Origin: Rhodobiaceae bacterium
Lineage (GTDB): Bacteria; Pseudomonadota; Alphaproteobacteria; RS24
Reading direction: 5' to 3'
Length of the DNA stretch: 48,110 nt
Assembly (NCBI GenBank): GCA_038105345.1
Contig: JAYOCI010000002.1
Span: 1 to 48,110 of the forward strand
Shown: piece by piece, positions 9,510 through 19,074 of the stretch
Layout of the letters: every line of letters begins with the position of its first letter
Numbering within the stretch: the first letter of the stretch is position 1
Notes under the pieces: generated by a model
Database searches by the model: none
What the model was told of the DNA's origin: nothing
Seen by the model: only the letters and a program-made list of their open reading frames with translations
Program-made: the position numbers and the translations under genes

Positions 9510-10067
9510 TTACATGACAGCGCGCACTTCAGTCACTGAAGGCACAAAATGTTTAAGCAAATTTTCAATACCATGTTTCAAGGTCGCCGTGGCGCTCGGG
9601 CAGCCAGCGCAGGCGCCGCGCATATGTAACGACACCACGCCATTTTCAAAACCATGGAAAACAATATCGCCACCGTCTTGGGCAACGGCGGGACGCACGC
9701 GGGTTTCAAGAATTTCTTTAATCGCCGCAATCACTTCGGCATTCTCGCCCGTGTCCTCGCTGGCCGTATGGGCGCTGGCCCCGGGGCGCATGATCGGACG
9801 TTCGGCAACAAAATGCTCCATAATCGTGTTCAGCAGCGATGGTTTCAAATGCTGCCACTCGCCGCCAGATTTGGTCACGGCGATAAAGTCACTGCCCAAA
9901 AATACGGCGCTCACATGTTCGGTTTCAAACAAGGCGGCCGCCAAAGGCGAGGCTTGGGCGGCATCGACATTGGGAAAATCAGCTGGCGGCGCCGTATCCA
10001 TAACGGCGCGGCCCGGCAAAAATTTCAACGTGGCCGGATTTGGCGTGTCTTCGGTTTGAATAAACAT
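9510..10067 (-). CDS. NifU/Nfu-family Fe-S cluster assembly protein
   Basis: Nfu_N domain (MFIQTEDTPNPATLKF) plus a NifU C-terminal CxxC (GACAGCPSA). AGGAG lies upstream of the ATG. Confidence 0.9.
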   Translation of the reverse strand: MFIQTEDTPNPATLKFLPGRAVMDTAPPADFPNVDAAQASPLAAALFETEHVSAVFLGSDFIAVTKSGGEWQHLKPSLLNTIMEHFVAERPIMRPGASAHTASEDTGENAEVIAAIKEILETRVRPAVAQDGGDIVFHGFENGVVSLHMRGACAGCPSATATLKHGIENLLKHFVPSVTEVRAVM

Positions 10068-10151
10068 CGGCGATCTCCTGCGTCACGACATGGCGCGACA
10101 TTGTTGGCGTGACCTTTATATAGTAAGGCGCAGCCTGAATTGCCAGCCCTA

Positions 10152-10637
10152 TTAGGTCAGCGCATCAATCTCATCATCGGTCAAATGCCCCGGGACAATG
10201 GTCACCGGAATACGAATGGCGGCTCTGCCGCTACCAATCGACGACACCAATGGGCCAGGGCCGGCCGGGTCAGAGCCAGCCGCCAAAACCAATGTTGATA
10301 TGCTGGCGTCTTCATCAATTAGCTTGGCAATTTCTTCGCTAATATGGCCGTGGCGAACATGGGTTACCGGTTTTTGCCCACCCAGCAATTCAACCAAGGC
10401 CGAGCATTCGGTCAAAATCCGCTCCGCCTCATCTTCGGCTTCTTCTTTCATCAGGCTTTCAACGCCCAGCCAATGCTCAAAACCAGCCGCTTCAATGACC
10501 AGCAAAAGCGCCACAGAGCCGCCTGTGCCATGGGCGCGACGCGCGGCGAAACGCAAAGCCGCATGAGCCTCCGGCGTGCCGTCAACGACGACCAAAAACT
10601 TACGTTGTAAATGTTGATTTATATCCATGAAGCGCAT
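10152..10637 (-). CDS. universal stress protein (UspA family)
   Basis: 161 aa with a Usp alpha/beta fold pattern (FLVVVDGTPEA... VLAAGSDPAGPGPL). Confidence 0.8.
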   Translation of the reverse strand: MRFMDINQHLQRKFLVVVDGTPEAHAALRFAARRAHGTGGSVALLLVIEAAGFEHWLGVESLMKEEAEDEAERILTECSALVELLGGQKPVTHVRHGHISEEIAKLIDEDASISTLVLAAGSDPAGPGPLVSSIGSGRAAIRIPVTIVPGHLTDDEIDALT

Positions 10638-10644
10638 GCTGCCA

Positions 10645-10664
10645 TGTTTGCCCTATGGCAAACA
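10645..10664 (-). other. 8-bp stem / 4-nt loop hairpin filling the trpS-usp spacer
   Basis: The plus strand reads TGTTTGCC-ctat-GGCAAACA, a perfect inverted repeat. It lies 5 nt after the trpS stop and 7 nt before the usp ATG. No U-tract follows it on the transcribed strand. Confidence 0.5.
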
Positions 10665-10669
10665 AGTGC

Positions 10670-11683
10670 CTAATTACCAAGAAAGCCAACCCGCTTGCGC
10701 ACGTCGGCCATAATCGGTTCGGCAATCGCCCGTGCCCGCGCGGCACCATCGGCCAAAATCGCATCTATCGTCGCCGGATCATCGGTCAGCCGTTTCATTT
10801 CGGCACCAATTGGCGCAATTTTCTCAATCGCCACTTCGGCTAATTGTTCTTTCAAAACAGAGAATTGAGCGCCGGCAAATTGGCCAATCACAGTGCTCAC
10901 ATCTTGATCTGTCAGAGCCGCGAACAGACCCAATAAATTGGCCGCCTCAGGCCGCGCCGGTAATTCATCAGCCGACTCCGGCAGGGTTTCAGGATCGGTT
11001 TTGGCCTTGCGAATTTTGCGCGCAATATCATCCGCCTGATCGGTCATGGTGATGCGCGACAAATCAGATGGGTCTGATTTGGACATTTTCTTCGTGCCAT
11101 CGCGCAATGACATCACCCGCGTCGCTGGCCCTTGAATAATCGGTTCTGGCAGCGGGAAAAACTCTGGCGCGTTAAAATCATTATTGAATTTTTGGGCAAT
11201 ATCGCGGGCCAGTTCCAAATGCTGTTTTTGGTCTTCGCCAACCGGCACATGGGTGGCTTTATAAAGCAGAATATCAGCGGCCATTAAATTCGGATAAACA
11301 TAAAGACCGACCGAGGCTTTTTCGCGGTCTTTGCCAGCCTTTTCTTTGAATTGAGTCATCCGATTGAGCCAACCCATGCGGGAGACACAATTCAGCACCC
11401 ATGCCAATTCGGCGTGTTGTGATACTTGCGCTTGATTGAAAACAATATGATTTTTCGGGTCGACACCAGCGGCAATAAACGCCGCAGCAACTTCGCGCGT
11501 ATTGGAAGCCAGCTCTACCGGATCTTGAAAAACCGTAATGGCGTGCATATCAACCACGCAATAAAGACATTCATGGGTCTGTTGCAGGCCAACAAAATTG
11601 CGGATGGCACCAAGATAATTGCCCAAATGTAAATTGCCAGTCGGTTGCACTCCCGATAAGACGCGGGCCTTTACCTGTGTCAT
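10670..11683 (-). CDS. trpS: tryptophan--tRNA ligase
   Basis: Class-I motifs TGNLHLGN and KMSKS. AAGGAG lies 7 nt upstream of the ATG. Confidence 0.95.
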   Translation of the reverse strand: MTQVKARVLSGVQPTGNLHLGNYLGAIRNFVGLQQTHECLYCVVDMHAITVFQDPVELASNTREVAAAFIAAGVDPKNHIVFNQAQVSQHAELAWVLNCVSRMGWLNRMTQFKEKAGKDREKASVGLYVYPNLMAADILLYKATHVPVGEDQKQHLELARDIAQKFNNDFNAPEFFPLPEPIIQGPATRVMSLRDGTKKMSKSDPSDLSRITMTDQADDIARKIRKAKTDPETLPESADELPARPEAANLLGLFAALTDQDVSTVIGQFAGAQFSVLKEQLAEVAIEKIAPIGAEMKRLTDDPATIDAILADGAARARAIAEPIMADVRKRVGFLGN

Positions 11684-11716
11684 GTCATACTCCTTTTGCC
11701 ACTTTCTTATGGCTAA

Positions 11717-13282
11717 TTATCGACGCCTGCGCAAGCGGTGTAGCTGGTCTTTATTTATCCCCCCCAGCAGCCAAGCCGCGGCGGCGAAAACCACAGCGCC
11801 GCCCATGACCATGGCGCTAACCCACAAGCCCAAGCCAAGGCCGTTGCTTGGTGCCGCCATCGCCTGAGCCGCCCAGATAAGAGATGCCACCATCAGCGCT
11901 GTGGCCAGCACTTGCGCCGCCACCATGCGCGCCACGTCAAATTCGACTGTCCATATCGACCGCCGCGCCATGCGCATCAGCATTAAAACTAAAGTGACCC
12001 AACCGGCAAGGCTGGTGGCATAAGCAATCGCGATGTGACCATAAATCGGAAACAGCGTCAGCGAGAGGGCAATATTAAAGGCCACACCTATGGCCCCATC
12101 AATCAATGGCGCGCGCGTATCTTGGCGGGCGAAAAACGATGGCTGCAAGGCTTTGACCAAAACAAAGGCTGGCAAGCCGAAACAAAATGCCTGCACTGCA
12201 CGAGCTGTCGCCAGCGTATCGGCGGCGGTGAAGGCGCCGCGCTCAAACAAAAGGCCAACAATCGGCGCCGCCAAAACCCACAAGCCAGCCGCCGCCGGAA
12301 GGGTTAAGCCCATGGCCGCCAGCACTGCCAAATTCTGGCCATCGCGCGCGCCCTTATCATCGCCAGCCGCCAGCCGCCGAGACAGCTCTGGCAGCAAGGC
12401 AACAGAGAGAGCCACACCAACCACCCCCATCGGCAATTGATAAAGTCGGTCGGCATAATACAGCCAAGCAACAGCACCAATTTGCGCCGTGGCGATGGAG
12501 GTGCCGACCAAAAGATTAATTTGCCCAATGCCGGCCGCCAACATGCCGGGCACAGCGAGGGCAAAGACGGCTTTCACATCTGCCGTCCAGCGTGGCCGTG
12601 ACAAACGAAAGCCCAAACCGGCGCGCCACACCGCAATGGCGACAAAGGCCAATTGCGCGGCACCAGAAACCACCACGCCCCAAATAATATAATCAATCGC
12701 CAGACCCTGAAACACCACCGCCATGGCCATTGCCAAAATCAGCAAAATATTCAGCAAGAGCGGCGCAAAAGCGGCAGCAAAAAACCGCCCCGTGGCGTTG
12801 AGCATGGCGGCAAATAAAGCCATTAAAGACATGAAAATCAGATAGGGAAAACTAATGCGCGCGTAATAAACCGCGAGATCAAATTTTTCCGGCGCCCCAA
12901 CCATGCCTTGGGCGATTGCCAACACCAGACCGGGCATAAAAATCTGCGCCAAAAGGGTGAAGGCGACCACGGCTGTCAATAAAACCGAACAAACCCGCGC
13001 GGCAAATTGAATGGCCGCCGGCTTGCCATTTTTTTCTAATTGCTCGGAGAATAAAGGAACAAAGGCGGCGCTAAAGGCACCCTCGGCGAATAAGCGGCGA
13101 AACAAATTGGGCAGCCGAAAAGCAATAACAAAAATCTCGCTAAACGGCCCAGCACCCAAAAGCGCCGCTAGAAAAATGTCGCGACCAAAACCGGTGATGC
13201 GACTGGCCATGGTCGACACGCCAACAAGAAAGGCGGTGGAGAGCAGGCGCGACCGAGGCGCGGTCTTGTCGGATGGACTCAT
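11717..13282 (-). CDS. murJ: lipid II flippase MurJ (MviN)
   Basis: 521-aa polytopic membrane protein with a MurJ N-terminus (SRITGFGRDIFLAALLGAG). It sits in the conserved glnD-murJ-trpS order. Confidence 0.92.
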   Translation of the reverse strand: MSPSDKTAPRSRLLSTAFLVGVSTMASRITGFGRDIFLAALLGAGPFSEIFVIAFRLPNLFRRLFAEGAFSAAFVPLFSEQLEKNGKPAAIQFAARVCSVLLTAVVAFTLLAQIFMPGLVLAIAQGMVGAPEKFDLAVYYARISFPYLIFMSLMALFAAMLNATGRFFAAAFAPLLLNILLILAMAMAVVFQGLAIDYIIWGVVVSGAAQLAFVAIAVWRAGLGFRLSRPRWTADVKAVFALAVPGMLAAGIGQINLLVGTSIATAQIGAVAWLYYADRLYQLPMGVVGVALSVALLPELSRRLAAGDDKGARDGQNLAVLAAMGLTLPAAAGLWVLAAPIVGLLFERGAFTAADTLATARAVQAFCFGLPAFVLVKALQPSFFARQDTRAPLIDGAIGVAFNIALSLTLFPIYGHIAIAYATSLAGWVTLVLMLMRMARRSIWTVEFDVARMVAAQVLATALMVASLIWAAQAMAAPSNGLGLGLWVSAMVMGGAVVFAAAAWLLGGINKDQLHRLRRRR

Positions 13283-13285
13283 TTT

Positions 13286-16108
13286 CTAACCCACTTTTCT
13301 TGCCGCCATATTTGACGGGCGGCGCGGCTTAGCTGATTTGACCGGATCGATAATGGCCAGCAAAAGCGCCTCGGTGACGGCCTCGCGTTTGGCCTTGCTG
13401 GCAATTTTGCCGCCACTCAAATCATGGGCATAAAACGCGTCAACCGCGCGCTCACCAAAAGTTGCAATATGCGCCGCTGAAACCGATACATTTTTGTCAA
13501 CAAAAGTGCGGGCCAGAGCATAAAGCAGGCCGGGCCGATCAAGGCCACTGATTTCAATCACTGTGGCATCGTCTGAGAGGTCATTGCGCAAATCAACCTC
13601 TGGCGCCAAATCAAATGCTTCAATCTGTTTATTGGGACGGTTTTGCGCCAAATGTTCCGGCGGCACAATCGACCCATCCATCACGCCAAGCAGAGTGTTT
13701 TTAAACCGCTCAATCTGCGTCGCTTCTAATGGCCCGGCATGGTCTGGCCGTTTGACGTGCAGCGCATCAATGGCCAAACCATCTTGTGTGGTCGAAATGC
13801 GGGCATCGAGAATGCTCAACTCAGCGACAGCGCAAGCGCCGGTGATGCGGGCAAATAAGCCGGGGTGGTCTTGTGCAATAAAGGTAACTTCCGAACAGTC
13901 GCGCTTGGTGTCGGGCGAAATATCCAGCATGACTGGTTTGGTGCCCATTTGATCAATCATCGTCGCATGGCGCAATTGTGCCTCAACCGAAAAACTGACC
14001 CAATAGGCTGGCAAATGACGCGCTACATAGGCGTCATATTTTTGCGCCGACCAGCCGCCAGCATGAGCCATGACAAAAGCTTGTTTGGCGGCATCGGCGC
14101 GCTCGGCTAATTGTGCGCCATAGCCCATGCCGTTAAGCGTCGCCTTGGCGCCGTCATAAAGCTCGCGCAAAAGCTGCGCCTTCCAACCATTAAACACACC
14201 AGGCCCGACCGCTTTAATATCGACCTCGGTCAGAATGAATAAATGTTCCAGACGTTCGGTGGTGCCGACACTGGCGGTGAAATCTTCAACTGTGCGCGGG
14301 TCGGACAAATCGCGTCTCTGCGCAACATCACTCATCACCAAATGCTCGCGCACCAGCCATTCGGTGAGCCGTGTTTCAGCCTTGCTGAACCCCAAGCGCG
14401 GGCCCAATGTGCGGGCAATGCGCGCGCCGGCAACCGAATGATCCTCCGGCCGCCCTTTGGCAATATCGTGCAATAGCGTCGCCAAATACAAAACCCGCCG
14501 GTTGACCTTTCCGGTTTTCATCAACTCATAGGCCAGCGGGTGGGCGTCGGCTTGCTCGCCGCTTTCGATTTCGCGCAACAGACCAATGGCGCGCAGCAAA
14601 TGTTCGTCGGCCGTGTAATGGTGATACATATTGAATTGCATCAGTGCCACAATGCGCCCGAAATCCGGCACAAAACGCCCCAAAACGCCCGCCTCATTCA
14701 TTCGCCGCAGTGTCCGCTCCGGATTTTTGCGCGAAGTTAGAATTTCCAGAAATAATTGATTGGCCTGCTCATTGGCGCGCAATTCTTTATTGACGAATTT
14801 CACCGCACGGGTGATGGCGCGCATGGTGTCGGGGTGAATGTTCAGATTAAATTTATCGGCCAGATGGAAAACCCGAATAAGGTTCACCGGATCTTTTTCA
14901 AAACAATCCGGCTCGGTCATGGTCAGGCGGCCGCCACCAAATAAAAAACCCTCGACCTTTTTATTGCGCCGGAAAATCGCCGGCAAGCGCACGCGGCTTG
15001 GCGGTTTTTTCTGCTGCTCTTCGAGCGAGGCGCAAAAAATCGCCGTCAAATCGCCGACATTTTTGGCCACTAAAAAATACCGCCGCATGAATTTTTCCAC
15101 CGACTTCATGCCGGCGCTGTCATCGGGTTCGAAATGTTTTGACAGCGGCTTTTGCACATCAAAGCTCAAACGTTCTTCGGCGCGCCCGGTCAGGAAATGC
15201 AAATGACAGCGCACCTCCCAAAGGAAATGATCGCAACGGCGGAACAGGCGCAATTCGGACTGTGTCAAAACATCCAAATCGACCAATTCGTTCAATTCTT
15301 CAATTTGATAACTGTAACGTGCAATCCAGAACAATGTGTTCAAATCGCGCAAACCGCCTTTGCTCTCTTTCAAATTCGGCTCGACCAAATAGCGCGACTG
15401 TCCGGCCCGCAAATGCCGCGCATCGCGTTCGGCCAATTTGGCGGTGACAAATTCAGGGGCGCTATTGGCAACAATTTTCTCGGCAAATTTTTCTTTGAAT
15501 TCGACATAGAGCGCCGCCGATCCCCATAGGAAACGCTTCTCCAACATTGACGTTCGAATGGTGAAATCCTGCTCGGCTTGAACCAAACAATCGGCGATTG
15601 TGCGCGTCGCGTGACCCACTTTCAGCCCTAAATCCCACAGCATATAAAGCATCGACTCGACAAAACTCTCCGAGGCGGCGTTGCGCTTATAGGGTAATAA
15701 AAATAATAAATCGATGTCTGAACTCGGCGCCAAGCGACCGCGGCCATAGCCGCCGACGGCCAAGACGGTGACCTTTTCGGCCTCGGTTGGATTGGACAAA
15801 TATAAAATATCGGTCTCTATATAGGCGGCCAAAGCGCGCAATAAATCGTCTTGTAAGGCCGATAGATATTCGGCGCATCGCGCGCCTTTGAGGGTTTTGC
15901 TTTCAAGTCCTTGGCGGGCTTCTTCGCGACCTTGAGCGAGAAATTTTTTCAACGCCTCCAGCACTGCTTTGCGCTTCTGATTGTCATCACCATCGACTCG
16001 CGCGGCGGCGGCACGTAAGCGGGCCAGTAAATCGCCCTCGCGTTTGGTCACCGACCGCGCGGAAAGCTTTTTTTCAAGCGAGGCATGAGTGGATTTGGCA
16101 CGCGCCAT
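13286..16108 (-). CDS. glnD: bifunctional [protein-PII] uridylyltransferase/uridylyl-removing enzyme
   Basis: Nucleotidyltransferase motif GGYGRGRLAPSSDIDLL, HD domain LLHDIAKG, and two C-terminal ACT-like regions. ATG 16108 has GGAG 7 nt upstream; the ORF maximum at 16126 is a TTG. Confidence 0.93.
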   Translation of the reverse strand: MARAKSTHASLEKKLSARSVTKREGDLLARLRAAAARVDGDDNQKRKAVLEALKKFLAQGREEARQGLESKTLKGARCAEYLSALQDDLLRALAAYIETDILYLSNPTEAEKVTVLAVGGYGRGRLAPSSDIDLLFLLPYKRNAASESFVESMLYMLWDLGLKVGHATRTIADCLVQAEQDFTIRTSMLEKRFLWGSAALYVEFKEKFAEKIVANSAPEFVTAKLAERDARHLRAGQSRYLVEPNLKESKGGLRDLNTLFWIARYSYQIEELNELVDLDVLTQSELRLFRRCDHFLWEVRCHLHFLTGRAEERLSFDVQKPLSKHFEPDDSAGMKSVEKFMRRYFLVAKNVGDLTAIFCASLEEQQKKPPSRVRLPAIFRRNKKVEGFLFGGGRLTMTEPDCFEKDPVNLIRVFHLADKFNLNIHPDTMRAITRAVKFVNKELRANEQANQLFLEILTSRKNPERTLRRMNEAGVLGRFVPDFGRIVALMQFNMYHHYTADEHLLRAIGLLREIESGEQADAHPLAYELMKTGKVNRRVLYLATLLHDIAKGRPEDHSVAGARIARTLGPRLGFSKAETRLTEWLVREHLVMSDVAQRRDLSDPRTVEDFTASVGTTERLEHLFILTEVDIKAVGPGVFNGWKAQLLRELYDGAKATLNGMGYGAQLAERADAAKQAFVMAHAGGWSAQKYDAYVARHLPAYWVSFSVEAQLRHATMIDQMGTKPVMLDISPDTKRDCSEVTFIAQDHPGLFARITGACAVAELSILDARISTTQDGLAIDALHVKRPDHAGPLEATQIERFKNTLLGVMDGSIVPPEHLAQNRPNKQIEAFDLAPEVDLRNDLSDDATVIEISGLDRPGLLYALARTFVDKNVSVSAAHIATFGERAVDAFYAHDLSGGKIASKAKREAVTEALLLAIIDPVKSAKPRRPSNMAARKVG

Positions 16109-16175
16109 AGATGAACTCCAATACAAGGATGATGTGACCTATCATATCACAAAAAAAGGTGAAATTGCGACACGA

Positions 16176-18848
16176 CTACATAAGGTCTTTTAGCCGATAA
16201 AGCCAATCCAGAGCTTCACGTGGGCTGAGCCTGTCAGGTTCGACTGTGGCCAAGGCTTCACGCAAATGATCGCTGTCTAGCGCGGTGATGGATTGCGCCG
16301 CAAATAAGGGCAAACCATCCAATGCGGGCACCATATCATGAGCCGCGCGGCTTTCTTCCAAAACTGCCAGAACGGCGCGGGCGCGTTCAATCACCGCTTC
16401 CGGCAGACCAGCCAGTTGCGCCACATGAATACCGTAAGACCGATCCGCCGCCCCGCGCCCGACCTCATGCAAGAACACCAATTGGCCCTCGTGTTCGCGC
16501 ACCATCATCGAGGCATTTGACAGCCCGTCAAGACGCTCGGCCAATCCGGTCAGCTCATGATAATGCGTGGCAAAAAGCGTGCGGCAGCCGCAACCATCAT
16601 GCAAAAATTCAACCGCCGCCCAAGCAATCGACAAGCCGTCAAACGTCGCTGTGCCGCGGCCTATTTCATCGAGAATAACCAGCGCCCGAGGGCCCGCTTG
16701 ATTCAAAATCGCCGCCGTCTCTACCATTTCAACCATGAAGGTTGAGCGACCGCGGGCCAGATCATCAGCCGCACCGACGCGGCTAAACACCCGATCCACC
16801 AAGCCAATATGCGCCTTTTGCGCCGGCACAAAACTGCCCATTTGAGCCAAAATCGCAATCAGCGCATTCTGCCGCAAATAGGTTGATTTACCCGCCATAT
16901 TCGGACCAGTGAGTAAGGTTAGACGGGCCGCCGTTTTAGCTGTTGCATCGAGGCCACAATCATTGGCAATAAATCGCCCGCTGTGCTCGCGCAACAGCGC
17001 CGCCTCAACCACCGGATGGCGACCTGCGGTGACCTCAAAAACCAAACTATCATCGACCAGCGGTGCAACCCAATGTCGTTCAACCGCTAATTCGGCCAGA
17101 CCGGCGGAGACATCAAGTGCCGCAAGCGCCGCTGCGCCAGCGTGAATGGCATTGCTGGCGGCCGCAATCTGCGCGCATAGGGCGGTGAAAATTTCCAGCT
17201 CCAAAGCCAAGGCGGTTTCACCCGCGCGGCTAATCTCACCGGCTAGTTCTGATAATTCAGTGGTCGAAAACCGCACCGCGCCAGCCAATGTTTGACGATG
17301 GATAAAGCGCTCTTGATGTGGCGGCGACATCAGCGTGTCACCATGTTGGGCGGGCACGTCAATATGATAGCCCAGCACGCCATTATATTTAATTTTCAGC
17401 GCTTTGACGTCCGTCTCATCGGCATATTTTTGTTGCAAGCCAGCAATCACCCGACGGCTTTCATCGCGCATCTGCCGCGCCTGATCAAGGCCCGCATGAT
17501 AGCCCTCGCGGACAAAACCGCCATCGCGCGCCAGCATGGCTGGTTGCTCGGTCAAGGCCGCTTGCAGGGTCTCAATCAAATGGTCAATGGCCGACACATC
17601 TTGCGCCAATTGCGTCATGTGATGTGCCACCTCGGCTGGCACATCGTCGACCGCGAGCAGCAGACCATTGAGCTGGCGCGCCGCTTCAAGCCCACGCCCA
17701 ATGGCTTGCACATCACGCGGGCCGCCGCGCTGCAATGCCAAACGCGACAGCGCCCGCACCATATCGGGGGCAGCTTTCAGACTGGCCCGCAGGGCGCTGC
17801 GCAAAACTGGTTGGGCGACGAAAAAAGCCACTGACGCCAGACGCTGGGCAATGGCCTCAACATCGGTCAGCGGAGCCGATAAGCGCTGCGCCAAAAGCCG
17901 CCCGCCAGCCGCCGTTACCGTCAAGTCAATCGTGTGCATCAGACTGCCCTTGGCCTCACCAGCCAGCGTGCGGGTCAGTTCCAAATTAGCCCGCGTCGCC
18001 GCGTCAATGCCCATATAGGCACTGGTATTCTCAAGCATGGGCGGCGATAGGCGCGGCATATTTTCCAGCTGCGTGCGCTGCATATAGGCCAGCAAAACCC
18101 CACAGGCGAGAATTTCAGCCCGCCCCAAATCACCAAAGCCGTCAGCACTTTGCACTTGATAATAATCGCGCAGCAACTGACTGGCAGCCTGCGACGACAT
18201 ATCGTCGACCGGCGCAATCACCGCCTCGCTTTGCATGGATAATGTCTCGTGAAGATGTGCCGCCATATGGCTCGGTTGCAAAATTTCACGCGGCGCCAAA
18301 CGCGCCATTAAGGCCGCCAAGCCAGCCGCATGGGTAAGGGTAACGCCAAACTCACCAGTCGACATATCCAGCCAAGCGGCCGCCATATCTTCGCCAACCA
18401 TAGCGGCAGTGGCCAGATAATTATGTTCGCGCGCGTCGAGCAATGCCTCTTCACTCAGCGTGCCCGGCGTCACCAAACGCACCACTTCGCGCCGCACAAC
18501 AGATTTCGACCCGCGCTTTTTGGCCTCGGCCGGATCCTCGGTCTGCTCACAAATCGCAACACGAAACCCTTTGCGAATGAGCCTTTCCAAATAGCTCTCA
18601 GATGCATGATAAGGCACGCCGCACATGGGAATATTTTCGCCCAAATGCTTGCCGCGATGCGTCAGCGTGATATCGAGAGCAGCGGCGGCGGCCACGGCAT
18701 CATCGAAGAATAATTCGTAAAAATCACCCATGCGATAAAACAAAAGAGCGTCTGGATAATGCGCTTTTATTTCCAAAAACTGCGCCATCATTGGCGTTGG
18801 TTTTGGCGCATCCGGCTCAGTGGGTGGGGCGGTGTTTGATGACTGCAT
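16176..18848 (-). CDS. mutS: DNA mismatch repair protein MutS
   Basis: Mismatch-binding N-terminus [10 protein letters not shown]...[11 protein letters not shown] and Walker [10 protein letters not shown]. Confidence 0.96.
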   Translation of the reverse strand: MQSSNTAPPTEPDAPKPTPMMAQFLEIKAHYPDALLFYRMGDFYELFFDDAVAAAAALDITLTHRGKHLGENIPMCGVPYHASESYLERLIRKGFRVAICEQTEDPAEAKKRGSKSVVRREVVRLVTPGTLSEEALLDAREHNYLATAAMVGEDMAAAWLDMSTGEFGVTLTHAAGLAALMARLAPREILQPSHMAAHLHETLSMQSEAVIAPVDDMSSQAASQLLRDYYQVQSADGFGDLGRAEILACGVLLAYMQRTQLENMPRLSPPMLENTSAYMGIDAATRANLELTRTLAGEAKGSLMHTIDLTVTAAGGRLLAQRLSAPLTDVEAIAQRLASVAFFVAQPVLRSALRASLKAAPDMVRALSRLALQRGGPRDVQAIGRGLEAARQLNGLLLAVDDVPAEVAHHMTQLAQDVSAIDHLIETLQAALTEQPAMLARDGGFVREGYHAGLDQARQMRDESRRVIAGLQQKYADETDVKALKIKYNGVLGYHIDVPAQHGDTLMSPPHQERFIHRQTLAGAVRFSTTELSELAGEISRAGETALALELEIFTALCAQIAAASNAIHAGAAALAALDVSAGLAELAVERHWVAPLVDDSLVFEVTAGRHPVVEAALLREHSGRFIANDCGLDATAKTAARLTLLTGPNMAGKSTYLRQNALIAILAQMGSFVPAQKAHIGLVDRVFSRVGAADDLARGRSTFMVEMVETAAILNQAGPRALVILDEIGRGTATFDGLSIAWAAVEFLHDGCGCRTLFATHYHELTGLAERLDGLSNASMMVREHEGQLVFLHEVGRGAADRSYGIHVAQLAGLPEAVIERARAVLAVLEESRAAHDMVPALDGLPLFAAQSITALDSDHLREALATVEPDRLSPREALDWLYRLKDLM

Positions 18849-19074
18849 GGCTACATTGTAGCAGAGCGCCGGATGGAAAGAAGCCTTAAGACGCGCGAAA
18901 CAACAAAAAGGTGTTGAATTTTCTTACATTTTTGGCTTCGCTTGTTCTTGTTTTCCTGCTGTGAAAGCCCTACAACATGAAACCCATCTGGGCGGAAGCC
19001 CAAAATATTAGTCAGGCCGCTCAATTTGATTGGCTTGTGAATTGAAATCGGTCTTCGGGCCACGAGGTAAGTCT

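Noticed and set aside
9514-10059. 181-aa + ORF almost exactly co-extensive with the NifU-family gene. Similar long antisense ORFs occur at 5631..6287, 17292..17834, 19870..20445, 20608..21174, 22978..23592, 40180..40704 and 46845..47441.
   Set aside because: These ORFs have low-complexity, Ala/Arg/Ser/Pro-rich, motif-free translations. Each lies opposite a gene with strong family motifs. This is typical of stop-poor antisense frames, and none has a start context or SD.
10129-10146. Sigma-54-like TGGCA...TGC element upstream of the nfu gene
   Set aside because: The GG-to-GC spacing is one nucleotide longer than the strict -24/-12 consensus, and the -12 region is CTGCG rather than TTGCW.
18851-19063. 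70-aa minus-strand ORF in the 226-nt mutS/maeB divergent spacer, the largest non-coding stretch
   Set aside because: Its composition is random-looking, it has no SD, and it would overlap the promoter regions of both flanking genes. I also saw no tRNA, SRP or other recognisable RNA signature there.
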